IMG/VR virus record: IMGVR_UViG_3300043642_000042
Span: 1-29,559 of that record
Direction: 5' to 3' (one strand)
Source: a virus
Taxonomy: Duplodnaviria; Caudoviricetes
Length of the DNA stretch: 29,559 nt
Below the pieces are notes generated by a model. That model did no database searches, was not told the DNA's origin, and was given only the letters and a program-made list of their open reading frames with translations. Positions 6,565 to 16,282 of the stretch are shown piece after piece (the stretch's first letter is position 1; each line of letters opens with the position of its first letter). The position numbers and the translations under genes are program-made.

Positions 6565-8154
6565 CTACCGACCAATACAGGTAAAGGTGGCCTGATACGT
6601 GGTCCCGGCAACCGGAAGCGCATTAAAGAAAAATGTCGCCGCTGTCGCCGTCATAGTATTTGGAATCATTGCACCCGATGGCCCATTACCATCCGATCTA
6701 ACGACAAGACAGAGAGGGGCGGTCGTCCAAGTTCCATCGTGAAATGTCAGCGTGAAAGTCGCATTGACGGCTTGCCCCGTTCCGTTCGACGTGATGTTGA
6801 TCTGCCCAATAACATCATTCCCAGCTACTGATGACACCGTTGCAGTCGTTCCCCAGCCGGCAGATAGACCACCAACGTCCCCCACCACCAAAGACGATCC
6901 TTGATTGGCCTTAAGGCGCTTCACGTTGGTGTTGCCGGTAATCGTGGGATCAGAAATCGCCGGGCTTGTCAGCGTTTTATTCGTCAGGGTATCGGTGGTG
7001 GTTCTTGCCACCAGGGTATCGTTTGCGGCTGGAAGCGTGAGCGAGTTTGAACCAGCAACTGGGGGTGCTGCAACATTGATTGTTCCAGAAGTCGCGCCGC
7101 GCCATTGTGCTGATGCTCCGGGAGAATTAAATGTCACTGTTCCATTGTTGGCCAGGGAGAGCACACCGGCTGCGTTGGATGCGATACTTACGCCGCCAGA
7201 CCCGTCATTCGTAATGGTTGCAGGCAGGGTTTGCGATGCGGTCTGGAGGGTAATGCCGCCGGCAGTGATGATCTGCCCTGTTGTATCGGCAACCGAGGCC
7301 TTGGCCGCAGTGCCGAGAAATACCACTCCCGCCCCGTTCCCATTCACGAAGGTGTTGGTATAAGGCGACGTGCTTGATATGAAAAAATGGCTGATGCCCA
7401 GGTTGTCGAGGATTGCAAACGGTGCGGTCGCTGAAACCTGCTTCACATTGGAGGTGCTGAGCGTACCCGCAGCGCTGAGCGCCAGGGACGTGCCCGTGGC
7501 TGCTCCAATGTTCGGCGTCACCAGCGTTGGCGACGTGGCTTGGACCGGAATGCCCGTTCCGGTTGCCGTGGAGGTGCAGGTTGGCGGAGCAGCAGTATTC
7601 AGCGCCGTCACATACTGGTTCGCCGCGCAGGCCCCGGCTCCGGGGATGGACCCGGGAATATTTGAGCCGGTTACCGTCCCCGTGGCCGCCACGTTTCCCG
7701 TAACGCTCAGGTTGCCGGAAACCGCATTGCCCGTGAGCGGCGCAAAGCTGCCCAGATTGACCGGAGCGTAATTGTCGAAGTTGAACGTGGCGCCGGTGAA
7801 TGAAACTCCGGTGTATCTCAGGACCTCTTGCCCCGTGCTGGAATCCTTCACCGTGACGCGGTAATAAATTCCCGACGGCAACGTATTGGCCGGATTCGGC
7901 ACGGTGAAGGTTGTCACTACGCCTGCCGCCACCGTGGAACAATAGCCGCGCCTGAGAGCCTGTCCGCCGCCGCCAATCGAAACCGAAATGGGCGTGTCGC
8001 TCTGGTCTGTGATGAGAAAACAGACTTGCCCGGCTGCTAACTTCGTGCCGTTGATGTCTGTGATGTTGGAGCCTGACACGGTGGTCAAATTCTGCGCGTG
8101 AAGACTTACCGCAAAGGCCGCAAAGAGCGCAAAGCACAAGAATAGTTTTTTCAT
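6565..8154 (-). CDS. Tail-fiber-like protein with an N-terminal Sec signal peptide
   Basis: MKKLFLCFALFAAFAVSLHA-Q; T/G/S/A-rich, with fiber-type motifs TSPTLVTPNIGAATGTSL and LTLPAANDTLVARTTTDTLTNKTLTSP. It follows the large tail gene. AGGAGA RBS before ATG 8154. Confidence 0.75.
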   Translation of the reverse strand: MKKLFLCFALFAAFAVSLHAQNLTTVSGSNITDINGTKLAAGQVCFLITDQSDTPISVSIGGGGQALRRGYCSTVAAGVVTTFTVPNPANTLPSGIYYRVTVKDSSTGQEVLRYTGVSFTGATFNFDNYAPVNLGSFAPLTGNAVSGNLSVTGNVAATGTVTGSNIPGSIPGAGACAANQYVTALNTAAPPTCTSTATGTGIPVQATSPTLVTPNIGAATGTSLALSAAGTLSTSNVKQVSATAPFAILDNLGISHFFISSTSPYTNTFVNGNGAGVVFLGTAAKASVADTTGQIITAGGITLQTASQTLPATITNDGSGGVSIASNAAGVLSLANNGTVTFNSPGASAQWRGATSGTINVAAPPVAGSNSLTLPAANDTLVARTTTDTLTNKTLTSPAISDPTITGNTNVKRLKANQGSSLVVGDVGGLSAGWGTTATVSSVAGNDVIGQINITSNGTGQAVNATFTLTFHDGTWTTAPLCLVVRSDGNGPSGAMIPNTMTATAATFFFNALPVAGTTYQATFTCIGR

Positions 8155-8260
8155 TGACTCTCCTAAAGTCAAAAGCAGACCGCTAATTTCGCGAATGAAC
8201 GCTGATCAGAACTGGTAATTGTTAGAATCAAAAAGGCTAAGCTGGTTTGAAAGGAACTCT

Positions 8261-8677
8261 ATGCCTAATGTAACTAAGGGCGAGAAACTCATGTGCCTTG
8301 AGGACGCTGCGGTTTTCGATGAAGGCAACACGGTAGCATTCACCATCAAGAGCAAAACCGGAAAGCAACTACGCTTGAACTGTTCACTCCCTGAAATCGG
8401 AGACGTGTGTTCATTCTTAGGGCTTGCAGCCAAAGCGGCTGGCGAAATGCGGAACGCACCAACCCCGCCACTTCCCGATGCTCACAACTATCTTGCTCCG
8501 ATTCCATCTCAGGGCATTGGCTTTCAGGCTGGTGCAGATTCAAGCGAAACTATCCTTGTGATGCGGCTGTTTGGGTTTGACATGGCATTCTCAGTTCCCA
8601 GTAGTGGGTTAGTGCGCCTTGCAGACGACGTTGCCCGAATTGCACGCACGTTATCGGCTGAGGGGAAAATTCACTAG
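8261..8677 (+). CDS. Hypothetical protein (138 aa), antisense cargo gene
   Basis: AAGGA before ATG 8261; fills the gap between the two tail genes on the opposite strand. Confidence 0.7.
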   Translation: MPNVTKGEKLMCLEDAAVFDEGNTVAFTIKSKTGKQLRLNCSLPEIGDVCSFLGLAAKAAGEMRNAPTPPLPDAHNYLAPIPSQGIGFQAGADSSETILVMRLFGFDMAFSVPSSGLVRLADDVARIARTLSAEGKIH

Positions 8678-8707
8678 GCGCTAGCATGTCGCTCCTTTTT
8701 GTCGATA

Positions 8708-8745
8708 GGGTTCCCTCACCCGCTTGCGCGGGATTCGGGATTTCA
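8708..8745. repeat. REP-like palindrome between convergent genes
   Basis: GGGTTCCCTCACCCGCTTGCGCGGGATTCGGGATTTCA; related to the ends of 1555-1664. Confidence 0.65.
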
Positions 8746-8752
8746 GAAAAAA

Positions 8753-11700
8753 TTAGAGTCCCGGCAACGGCCGCCCGGGTGCGCCTGAGCCGCCGCTACC
8801 GGATGAACCTTGCCCGCCGGTAGTGCCTCCGGTGCCGGATGAATTGACCGTGCTTACCAGCCCGACGCGCATCTGTCCGCGTCCGATGGCTTGAACGTAA
8901 TCATTCAAATTGACCCAGGCAACGTGAGTGGACTGATTGAAGTCATAGCTCACCCAATAATTTGTGCTGACCTGGATTGCCGTTCCCCGGTTATCGAGCG
9001 TCAAGGTCTGCGCTGGAATGGTGCGCTGCGTCTGGTCACGCTTCCATGATGTGTAAGACGTGCCTACGCCTCCGGGTCCGTAAATCCTGATATTGTCTGC
9101 ACTGCCGGCAATGAAAGTGGAATCTAATGTGGCGTTGTTCGATGGCGGATCGCCGATATTTCCGAACGTCCCATTAAACGCGAAGCTGTAAGCCGTGGCA
9201 TTGGCCAAAGACTGTTCCATCAACCCCATGCGATTGAAGCTGGTGAACTTGAACCAGATGGTCGTTCCTACAAGAGTCGGATCGGCTTCCCAGACAAACA
9301 CTCCGTTGTCCAGCCGCAGAAACACTGAACCAATGTTGTGTGTGGTATTCGGCGAACCGAAAACGCCGCGCCGCAACCTGGTCGCAAGATTGTAGTGATA
9401 GGCGCTGGTTAAAGTAGCCGCCTGAAAGCTGATCAGCTCGCCATCGACATAGCAAAGCGTGCGGAAATTATCGGCGTCCGAAGCCGAGCCGCCGTTCAGA
9501 ATCCCCGATGATTGCGTGACATCGACAGCCAGCGTGTGCGTGGTATCCGGATCAGCCGATGACACCAGTTGCGCCGTGAGCACGCCCATGCGCGACGGCC
9601 CGTACATTTTGCCGATCTGCACATAATTGCTGTTGTCCGGTGAAACCCATACCGACGCGCCGCCCCAATCCTGATTCACCGCAACGCCGCCCGAGGTGTA
9701 AGCCCCGTTGCCGATAGAACCATCCAGCGTAAAATTGTCCGGATCGATCTGCGTGATGGTCCATGTGCCGTTGGCCGCGGTGTTTCCGCCCACGCCGGCG
9801 ATGGTAACTTTCTGTCCGCTCTTGAACTTGTGCCCCGTGGCCGTGATCTTGATCGGCGTTCCCGCGACGTTCGTTGCTCCGGTGATCGCAACCGTGGGAC
9901 CGCAGGCGCCGAGCCACACTTCATAGTTTCCCGTGAGCGAGAGCCGGTCATTGGCTTCAAAGATAATCGGCGTAGAAATCGAGCCGGGATCTGAATTGGC
10001 TTGCGTGATAAATCCTGTGCCGGGCTGATGCGGATACAACGTTGGGTTGGCCGTGCCCCAGGGAAAATCTTCGGCGTCCACTTCCAGCTTGCCGGAATCG
10101 TCTTCCCGCATGGCCGTGATCCGCACCGGCTTCTTGTTGTATCCCAGTTCAGGGATGGTGAGCGTAACCAGGTCCATGGGCTCCAGCAGATTGAATTGCC
10201 AGCCAAGGGAAAACGTGTACGTTGCCCGGATTTCAACCGAGCGCTTACGCAGCAGATTGGCTGCGAACTTTGCCACCGTGGTGGTGGTGATCGAATGCGC
10301 CTGCACGGGGGACGCTTTCCGAAGCCCGTACAAGGCGATCATGGCGTCATCTTTGTCTTCAGCCACATCGGGGTTATAGTCGTTGGCGCGATTGGCAAAT
10401 TCAATGGAGACAGAATTCATCACGTCCGCCACGGATGGCCGCTTGATCACCACCGGCGTTAGGAGATCAGACGTCGTGAGATCGTATATGGGCGCGGTGT
10501 TAGGAATGAACGTTGCGCCATTGCCTACGAACGTGGTGTCTCCATAGGGGACGATTTTCAGAACGCCTTCACTCCACACCGCCGCGGCGTTGGTAATATC
10601 AAGAATTTCCTGTATCCAATCGCTGGCGGCTTTTTGCGCGTCCAGCACGGGCGAAAGAAAAAGCCCGTTGGCGGTACAGAAATTCCGGTACTGCGTGAGA
10701 TCGCCCGGAGTGACGACGCCGGCCAATCCGTAAAACTGATTGGCCAGAAGATCGGCAATGATCGCCGACGGTTCCGCGTCGGCAATGCCCGCGCCGAAGG
10801 TGATGCCGCTGAGCACTTCAAAACTCAGATTAGGCAGCGTGCCGCTTTCGCCCAGGTCCATGGCGGACGCCGCAACGTAAGCGATGCCGTTATAGCCAAG
10901 GTCCTGGCCGGGATGCGCCGAGGTCAAATAACTCCATGGCGTTTGCGGACGCGAGCCAAGAAACAGAGTAAGACTAAGTTTCTGCTGTGGCTGCCCGTTC
11001 GAGTTGGAGTCAGGAACCGAATAGACATAGGTGATGGTCATCACCTTGCCGGCATCGGCGGCCGAAAAAGTAAAAGTCGGCGCTACAAGAGCCGCTGTTC
11101 CGCCTGATGTATAAGCGCCGTTTCCAGTGCTTCCGTTCAAGCTGAAATGGCTTCCATCGATGACAGTGATCGTCCAAGTGCCGTTGGCTGCTGTGTTTCC
11201 GCCCACACTGGCGATCTGCGCTTGCTGCCCACTCACATATCCATGAGCAATATCAGTAATCACAATCGGGCTGGCATTCGTGGCTCCGGTAATCGTGGTG
11301 GGTGGCGCAGTAGGAGTTTGCGTGAACTGTCCCGCACCCGGCGAGCTGCCGACCTGCGTCATGGGCGTCTGCTGCGTTCCGGAAAAAGGTACTGAGCCAT
11401 CAGAACCAAAGTCTGTCTGCGAGAAACTATAAGCGTCCGCTCGTCCTACTCCGCGGTGCGAATGAAAGACGCCGCCGCCCGGAGGTGTAACGGTAATTCC
11501 TCCGCCGCCGCCCGGAACAGTAAAAGGCACAGTGGCGGAGATCATGGTCAATTTTCCCTTAGTGTCCCAGACGTTGTGCAAATTCAGAATTGGCCCCTGG
11601 CACAGCGCCATGGCCACCGCGGTCTGATAGGTGTATGTGGTATTTGAAATCGCGTTGCCGCCGCCGGAGCCCAGCCCCTTGCCGCCAACCTTTGTTGTGG

Positions 11701-11881
11701 ACGTGTGCGGAATGGAAGAAAAATCACCGGCCCAGATCAGCCGTGCTGCAATGCGGTTTTGGCCGTAAAGAATGGGAATCACCTGCCCATAGGAGCTGGT
11801 TTGGACGCGCAACGCGGAAAGTAGATTCGGTTTTGCCGCGAGCGCATTCTTCCCGCCGCCTTTTCCGCCCATCAGAGCCAT
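8753..11881 (-). CDS. Large phage tail / baseplate hub-host specificity protein (1042 aa)
   Basis: LRVQTSSYGQVIPILYGQNRIA N-terminus, LPNLSFEV, NSVSIEFANRANDY, LLEPMDLVTL and LRRGVFGS; follows the NlpC/P60 gene. Confidence 0.9.
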   Translation of the reverse strand: MALMGGKGGGKNALAAKPNLLSALRVQTSSYGQVIPILYGQNRIAARLIWAGDFSSIPHTSTTKVGGKGLGSGGGNAISNTTYTYQTAVAMALCQGPILNLHNVWDTKGKLTMISATVPFTVPGGGGGITVTPPGGGVFHSHRGVGRADAYSFSQTDFGSDGSVPFSGTQQTPMTQVGSSPGAGQFTQTPTAPPTTITGATNASPIVITDIAHGYVSGQQAQIASVGGNTAANGTWTITVIDGSHFSLNGSTGNGAYTSGGTAALVAPTFTFSAADAGKVMTITYVYSVPDSNSNGQPQQKLSLTLFLGSRPQTPWSYLTSAHPGQDLGYNGIAYVAASAMDLGESGTLPNLSFEVLSGITFGAGIADAEPSAIIADLLANQFYGLAGVVTPGDLTQYRNFCTANGLFLSPVLDAQKAASDWIQEILDITNAAAVWSEGVLKIVPYGDTTFVGNGATFIPNTAPIYDLTTSDLLTPVVIKRPSVADVMNSVSIEFANRANDYNPDVAEDKDDAMIALYGLRKASPVQAHSITTTTVAKFAANLLRKRSVEIRATYTFSLGWQFNLLEPMDLVTLTIPELGYNKKPVRITAMREDDSGKLEVDAEDFPWGTANPTLYPHQPGTGFITQANSDPGSISTPIIFEANDRLSLTGNYEVWLGACGPTVAITGATNVAGTPIKITATGHKFKSGQKVTIAGVGGNTAANGTWTITQIDPDNFTLDGSIGNGAYTSGGVAVNQDWGGASVWVSPDNSNYVQIGKMYGPSRMGVLTAQLVSSADPDTTHTLAVDVTQSSGILNGGSASDADNFRTLCYVDGELISFQAATLTSAYHYNLATRLRRGVFGSPNTTHNIGSVFLRLDNGVFVWEADPTLVGTTIWFKFTSFNRMGLMEQSLANATAYSFAFNGTFGNIGDPPSNNATLDSTFIAGSADNIRIYGPGGVGTSYTSWKRDQTQRTIPAQTLTLDNRGTAIQVSTNYWVSYDFNQSTHVAWVNLNDYVQAIGRGQMRVGLVSTVNSSGTGGTTGGQGSSGSGGSGAPGRPLPGL

Positions 11882-11919
11882 ACATTGACCTCGTCTAGTT
11901 CGTGGTTAATACCCGCTTG

Positions 11920-12405
11920 TCAGCAATGAACCTGCGTGACCCGACTACCAGCTTCCCGCGTCGCCACTGACTGCACTTCAAAACATTTGTATTCCCTGCT
12001 CAACAGTTCACCATCGCGCAAGGCGTCGCTCAGGAGCACTCCGTGGGGAATGTAAGAGTGGATTACGATCGGCCACTCCACCACGATGGCGCCATGGGAA
12101 AATGTCCGCCCAAATCGGAATACAATGAAATCGGCCGGCAGCGGCGGTGTGTCAATTTCCACCACGAACTTTTCGATTTCTTTCAGGTAAAGCTCTTCTG
12201 AGCGGTGCAGATGCCACTGGACCGAGTACTGCGGAGGCTCATATTCCCGCGGCAGCGCGCCACACTCTTGATACACAGCCAGCGGAAACATGGCGCAATC
12301 CGCACCGGCCCGCTTCACCCGCGCATGATGGTGATATGGCGTGCCCAGCCACTCTTTGGCTGCGCGCACAATATCGGCACGCTGCTCAATCGTCAGTCGT
12401 TCCAT
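11920..12405 (-). CDS. NlpC/P60 family tail-associated peptidase
   Basis: AKEWLGTPYHH, GADC (catalytic Cys), SHGAIV (His) and IHSY. Confidence 0.92.
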   Translation of the reverse strand: MERLTIEQRADIVRAAKEWLGTPYHHHARVKRAGADCAMFPLAVYQECGALPREYEPPQYSVQWHLHRSEELYLKEIEKFVVEIDTPPLPADFIVFRFGRTFSHGAIVVEWPIVIHSYIPHGVLLSDALRDGELLSREYKCFEVQSVATREAGSRVTQVHC

Positions 12406-12416
12406 TTGCCATCCTC

Positions 12417-13283
12417 CTAGATTGCAGTTTCCGGTGCAGGCACGTAAGGAAAGCCTTCAAAGTTCACCAGGTTGGCAAACTTTCCGGAGCAGGTGACTTG
12501 TCTCTTGTCGCAACCCGGGTAGGCAGTGAAGGTGTCCCCCGCGTTGGGCGCAAACGGCAGCGGTGAATTGAAGGAAATCATGCCGCCCTGGTATTGCCGG
12601 ACCGCTTTCACCAGTCCATTATTCGGGCCGCTGGTGAATACAAGCTGGCCATTGTCGAAATAGCCATCCGGCCGCGCCGAGGTTGTGATGATCTTGTTCG
12701 CAGTGCTTCCCGCCTGGATCACAAGGCTGTCGGCAAAACTGGTTTTCGCCAATCCGCAGCGCGCATCAAAGAGCGTATTCGTGCAGCCTGGCTGCAGGAT
12801 GAGCGCTGGAAGTTGCATGCTCAGGTAGGCCGTGCCCGCGTTGACGGACAGCTTCGCTGAAGAGCGAGTAAGTTCATCCAGGGCGCCGATGAATCCGGAA
12901 AACCTCAACACCGTGCCAATCTGGTTCGATACGGAATCCATGAACAGGCGGTCGATTCGAAACGCTGCGCCATCAAAAAAGCCCTGGCCAATAGCTTGGA
13001 GGATCGGCATGCCATTGAGCGTGTCGGTCAGGCTGGCTTCGATCGTGATCTCCAGCGTCGCCACGTCCATACCCAGCTTCTCTTCAATCGCCGACCGAGC
13101 AATATTCGGCGGCCCCGTCAGGAATGTGTTTCCCAGCACCGTCAGGTTTGTGTCCCATGTTGTGTAACGCAACGCTGGGCCGCTCTTGAGGATGATGGTG
13201 TAAAGATCGGCCATGCGGATTTCTGTCGCGCTCTGGAGCCACGTGACCAGATTGTTGCCGCCGATATTTGTCGGTGTTTTCAT
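12417..13283 (-). CDS. DUF2163 / BR0599-family baseplate hub protein
   Basis: QPGCTNTLFDARCGL and YPGCDKRQVTCSGKFANLVNFEGFPYVP. Start moved to ATG 13283 because the upstream extension is a translated palindromic repeat. Confidence 0.9.
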   Translation of the reverse strand: MKTPTNIGGNNLVTWLQSATEIRMADLYTIILKSGPALRYTTWDTNLTVLGNTFLTGPPNIARSAIEEKLGMDVATLEITIEASLTDTLNGMPILQAIGQGFFDGAAFRIDRLFMDSVSNQIGTVLRFSGFIGALDELTRSSAKLSVNAGTAYLSMQLPALILQPGCTNTLFDARCGLAKTSFADSLVIQAGSTANKIITTSARPDGYFDNGQLVFTSGPNNGLVKAVRQYQGGMISFNSPLPFAPNAGDTFTAYPGCDKRQVTCSGKFANLVNFEGFPYVPAPETAI

Positions 13284-13295
13284 ATCAACCCTTGA

Positions 13296-13378
13296 ACCAC
13301 AAAGGACACAAAGAAACACAAAGAGGCTTCGCTCGTCACGAGTCAAAGTCCGATGTGTTCCTTTGTGTCCTCTGTGGT
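13296..13378. repeat. MITE-like inverted repeat
   Basis: ACCACAAAGGACACAAAG ... CTTTGTGTCCTCTGTGGT (17 of 18 complementary), between two baseplate genes. Confidence 0.8.
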
Positions 13379-13387
13379 AAAAACCTT

Positions 13388-14056
13388 TTATTTGCGGACT
13401 GAAATCAACTGCACTTCTTTGCACTCGTACAGATTGAAATAGAAATTGCTGAACTCTATTCCCTCACGCGTTCCGCTGGCAGAGCTTCCGCGTGAGGTTC
13501 CGGCGTCAAATCGCACGCGGTGCAGGAAAGTAAAGTCGGCAGTGATGGAATGACCTGCTGCCGGAGCATTCGTAAACTGCACCAACCCATTGCTGATGGT
13601 GTAAGTATTTGTAGGTTGCACCGTACCGTTGTCGTAAATGATTGCTGCCTGGTTCGCCGGATTCTGGCACGCTTCCAGAAATCCACCGAAGTTGCGCACG
13701 AGCTGAAAGTTCTTCGTCACTCCGTCCCCGGCTCCGATGGGCTGCCCGGTGAAAACGGAGTCTTCCAGTCGCTGCGTCAGGTCGCTTTCATTGAGCAGGA
13801 AGTCGTCAAACTGTCCGCCGCGGGCCAGAAAAAAACCAACCAGCGTCTCCAGCGGCGTCTGTTCGTTTTCATCTCTTGATCGCGGATCGTTCAGCAGATA
13901 CTCATAGGCCAGGGTGAGCTCCCAGATCGGGTTCTGGAAGTTTTGCACCCTCACTTCGCGACCGGCAAGTGAGGACTGGATTTCCGTAGAGAACGTGGGG
14001 TTCTTGGTAATCGTCCAGCCCAGGCCCCGAACTTTGGGAAAGAGAAGGTTGCTCAT
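13388..14056 (-). CDS. DUF2460-family distal tail protein
   Basis: PTFSTEIQSSLAGREVR, FFLARGGQFDDF, GAGDGVTKNFQLVR and ITADFTFLHRVRFD; ATGA overlap with the tape measure gene. Confidence 0.9.
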   Translation of the reverse strand: MSNLLFPKVRGLGWTITKNPTFSTEIQSSLAGREVRVQNFQNPIWELTLAYEYLLNDPRSRDENEQTPLETLVGFFLARGGQFDDFLLNESDLTQRLEDSVFTGQPIGAGDGVTKNFQLVRNFGGFLEACQNPANQAAIIYDNGTVQPTNTYTISNGLVQFTNAPAAGHSITADFTFLHRVRFDAGTSRGSSASGTREGIEFSNFYFNLYECKEVQLISVRK

Positions 14057-16122
14057 CTTGCTCCTTTCCGCTTGAGCGCCCGCGTTACTTCATTGGCGAT
14101 CATGTTGCTGTGCCGGCGGATGTGTCCCTGAAAAGACGCTGCATCTACGGCGTTGACGGAGTGGTTTACGACCACGGTGACACCGCCGCTTTGGCTGCCA
14201 CTTTCCACCATGTCGCGGAGTCTTCCCGCGATTCCCGCGGGCAGAATGGTTTCGTTCTTGTGAACAAAGTTAAGACGGTCGCTATCTACGCGCCAATCGC
14301 CGCCGGCGGATGACATCGCAGCCCCGGCATATGCTTCTCCGACCCCAAGCACCTCAATCGAGGCTGGGATGTTAAGCGGGTAAGGAACATCAGAAAGAGT
14401 GGACGCAGCCCCTGCATTCGCGTCGGAACTTGCGTCCCCTGCGTTCTTCGCCCTCTTGCGATATGAGTCAAGAAGATCGAGAGCCCAATCCTCGGCCCTT
14501 TTCTCCGCTTTCTGGGCAACGTAATCGGCGAATGAGCCGATCAGTGAGTTGAACATCTTGGCGAAGCCCTGAGCTACGGTTTCCGTCCCTTGAATCATTC
14601 CAAGGATTTCTGTTTTGAAGGCATTGCCGATCTGCGAGAATACTTGGCGGTACTGCTGCTCTTGCGCTTTCAGGCCGTCTGTAACTGCTTTGGTTTGGAC
14701 CAACTTGGATTGGGCGATGATCTTATCGATCTGGTTCTGGACTTCCTGCTGCTTTTTTTTGTCGCCATCCCACAAGGCCCAGCGCTTCTGCTGGGTAAGC
14801 TTCTCGATTTCCAACTCCCGTTCTTTCTCTTGCGCGACGGCGGCAATTTCCTGCTGCTGCGTGATCTTGCCCTTTTCAAAGTCCTGGGTGATTAGCTGGA
14901 TTTTCGCTTCGCTGGCGATCTTCGCGACTTCAATCTGGCCTTTGTAGCCTTCGTCCCAGGTCTGGAGTTGCTCATTGGCGGCTTTTATGACAGCATCTTT
15001 TTCCGCTTTGATTGCGGCAAAATCTGCCGTCATCGTCTGCTGGCTGGCTCTTTCGTCAATTGCAACAATGGCTCTCGTGCTCGCATCGACCGCAGCAACC
15101 TTGTCGCTCTGCTCTTTTTTGAAAGCGGCATTACTCTTCTCTGCTTCAGCAACTGCAATCTGGCGCGTGAGAGAGTTATTTTTTGCGAGCTGAGCCGAGG
15201 CGGCGCTCTGACTTTGGGCGTAAATTGTTAGGTCATTCAGGATACGCTGCTCGTCACGGTATTGTTCATTCACTTGCTTCGTGGCATCGGCAAGGCTCAG
15301 CGCTTCTCGCACCTGGGTTTCGCCATTTGGTCCGCTCGCTACGCTCTCATCTCTTTTGGTCAGCGTGTCGATTGCGGCATTCTTTTTATCGGCAAGTGCT
15401 TTCTGCTGCTCCGCAATATAGCGACGAAACTCCGCCTGTTTTTTATCCAGCGACGTTTTATAATCCGCGGCTTCCTTCTCGTGACCGAGAGCGGCAGCCG
15501 TGTTCATCTGCTGCGCGAGATCGTCGATCGCGGTCTTAAATTCATGCGCCTTTTCGATGACATCGTTCGAACCGTTATCGCCATTCATCAAACGGTCCCA
15601 AAAACCCTGCTTCTGCTTTTGCAGCAGTTCGTCCAGTTTATCGATGGCTTTCGTAAACTCGTCCACCAAGTCGGCAGTGGCTTTTCTGCCCTCCTCCATT
15701 GCAATCTTGACCCCGTTCGTGGGAGGCTTCTTTTGCAAAATCGCAAGCTGATCCTGTAACTTGAGGTTGTTCGTCTGGAGAGCAGCGGCATACTGGTTCA
15801 CAGCCAGCGCCTCGTTCAAGGTCTCAGCCTTGGTTTTTTCCAGCTCTTCCCTTTCCTTCTTTAGTTTCTCGGTTAAATCAAAAATCGCTATGCCCAGAGT
15901 AATGACTGCCAGGGGAGCGAATGCCGCGTCCAACGCGGGCCCTATTAGCTCGCTCGATGCGAGCATTTTTGAAATCCCATCGGGTACCTTGACCCCGATA
16001 AGGTCGCCCAACATCTCAACAGATTTGCTAACTCTATCCAGGTGCTCTTTGGCCGCATCGGCGGCATCTTTGACTCCAGTGGCATCGCCCGTTATTTTGA
16101 TGGGAACTTCGTTGTCAGCCAT
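14053..16122 (-). CDS. Tail tape measure protein (689 aa)
   Basis: Long Ala/Lys/Glu/Gln-rich helical protein with C-terminal SAGGDWRV..VHKNETILPA; positioned after the chaperones. GGAGAG RBS before ATG 16122. Confidence 0.88.
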   Translation of the reverse strand: MADNEVPIKITGDATGVKDAADAAKEHLDRVSKSVEMLGDLIGVKVPDGISKMLASSELIGPALDAAFAPLAVITLGIAIFDLTEKLKKEREELEKTKAETLNEALAVNQYAAALQTNNLKLQDQLAILQKKPPTNGVKIAMEEGRKATADLVDEFTKAIDKLDELLQKQKQGFWDRLMNGDNGSNDVIEKAHEFKTAIDDLAQQMNTAAALGHEKEAADYKTSLDKKQAEFRRYIAEQQKALADKKNAAIDTLTKRDESVASGPNGETQVREALSLADATKQVNEQYRDEQRILNDLTIYAQSQSAASAQLAKNNSLTRQIAVAEAEKSNAAFKKEQSDKVAAVDASTRAIVAIDERASQQTMTADFAAIKAEKDAVIKAANEQLQTWDEGYKGQIEVAKIASEAKIQLITQDFEKGKITQQQEIAAVAQEKERELEIEKLTQQKRWALWDGDKKKQQEVQNQIDKIIAQSKLVQTKAVTDGLKAQEQQYRQVFSQIGNAFKTEILGMIQGTETVAQGFAKMFNSLIGSFADYVAQKAEKRAEDWALDLLDSYRKRAKNAGDASSDANAGAASTLSDVPYPLNIPASIEVLGVGEAYAGAAMSSAGGDWRVDSDRLNFVHKNETILPAGIAGRLRDMVESGSQSGGVTVVVNHSVNAVDAASFQGHIRRHSNMIANEVTRALKRKGAR

Positions 16123-16282
16123 AGTGGTGACTCTCCGTGTTTCTTGATAAGGCACATTAAAATCTAAAGAAATGCCGCTTCTAGATCGCTCAGTATGCCA
16201 AAGAAATTAAAGCGACTCTGTTTAAGTTGAACGCCAAAAAATAATAGACGAGCGCAATCGAACACATATAGAATTTGACGCC

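Noticed and set aside
9686-11300. Diversity-generating retroelement TR/VR pair
   Set aside because: Both copies are in frame within one gene, differences are not adenine-specific, and no reverse transcriptase is present.
11920-12405. NlpC/P60 protein as the endolysin
   Set aside because: Its position between DUF2163 and the large tail gene marks it as the tail-associated peptidase.
13284-13424. N-terminal extension of the DUF2163 ORF
   Set aside because: It overlaps the upstream gene and translates the palindromic repeat (HRGHKGTH, FVFLCVLCG).
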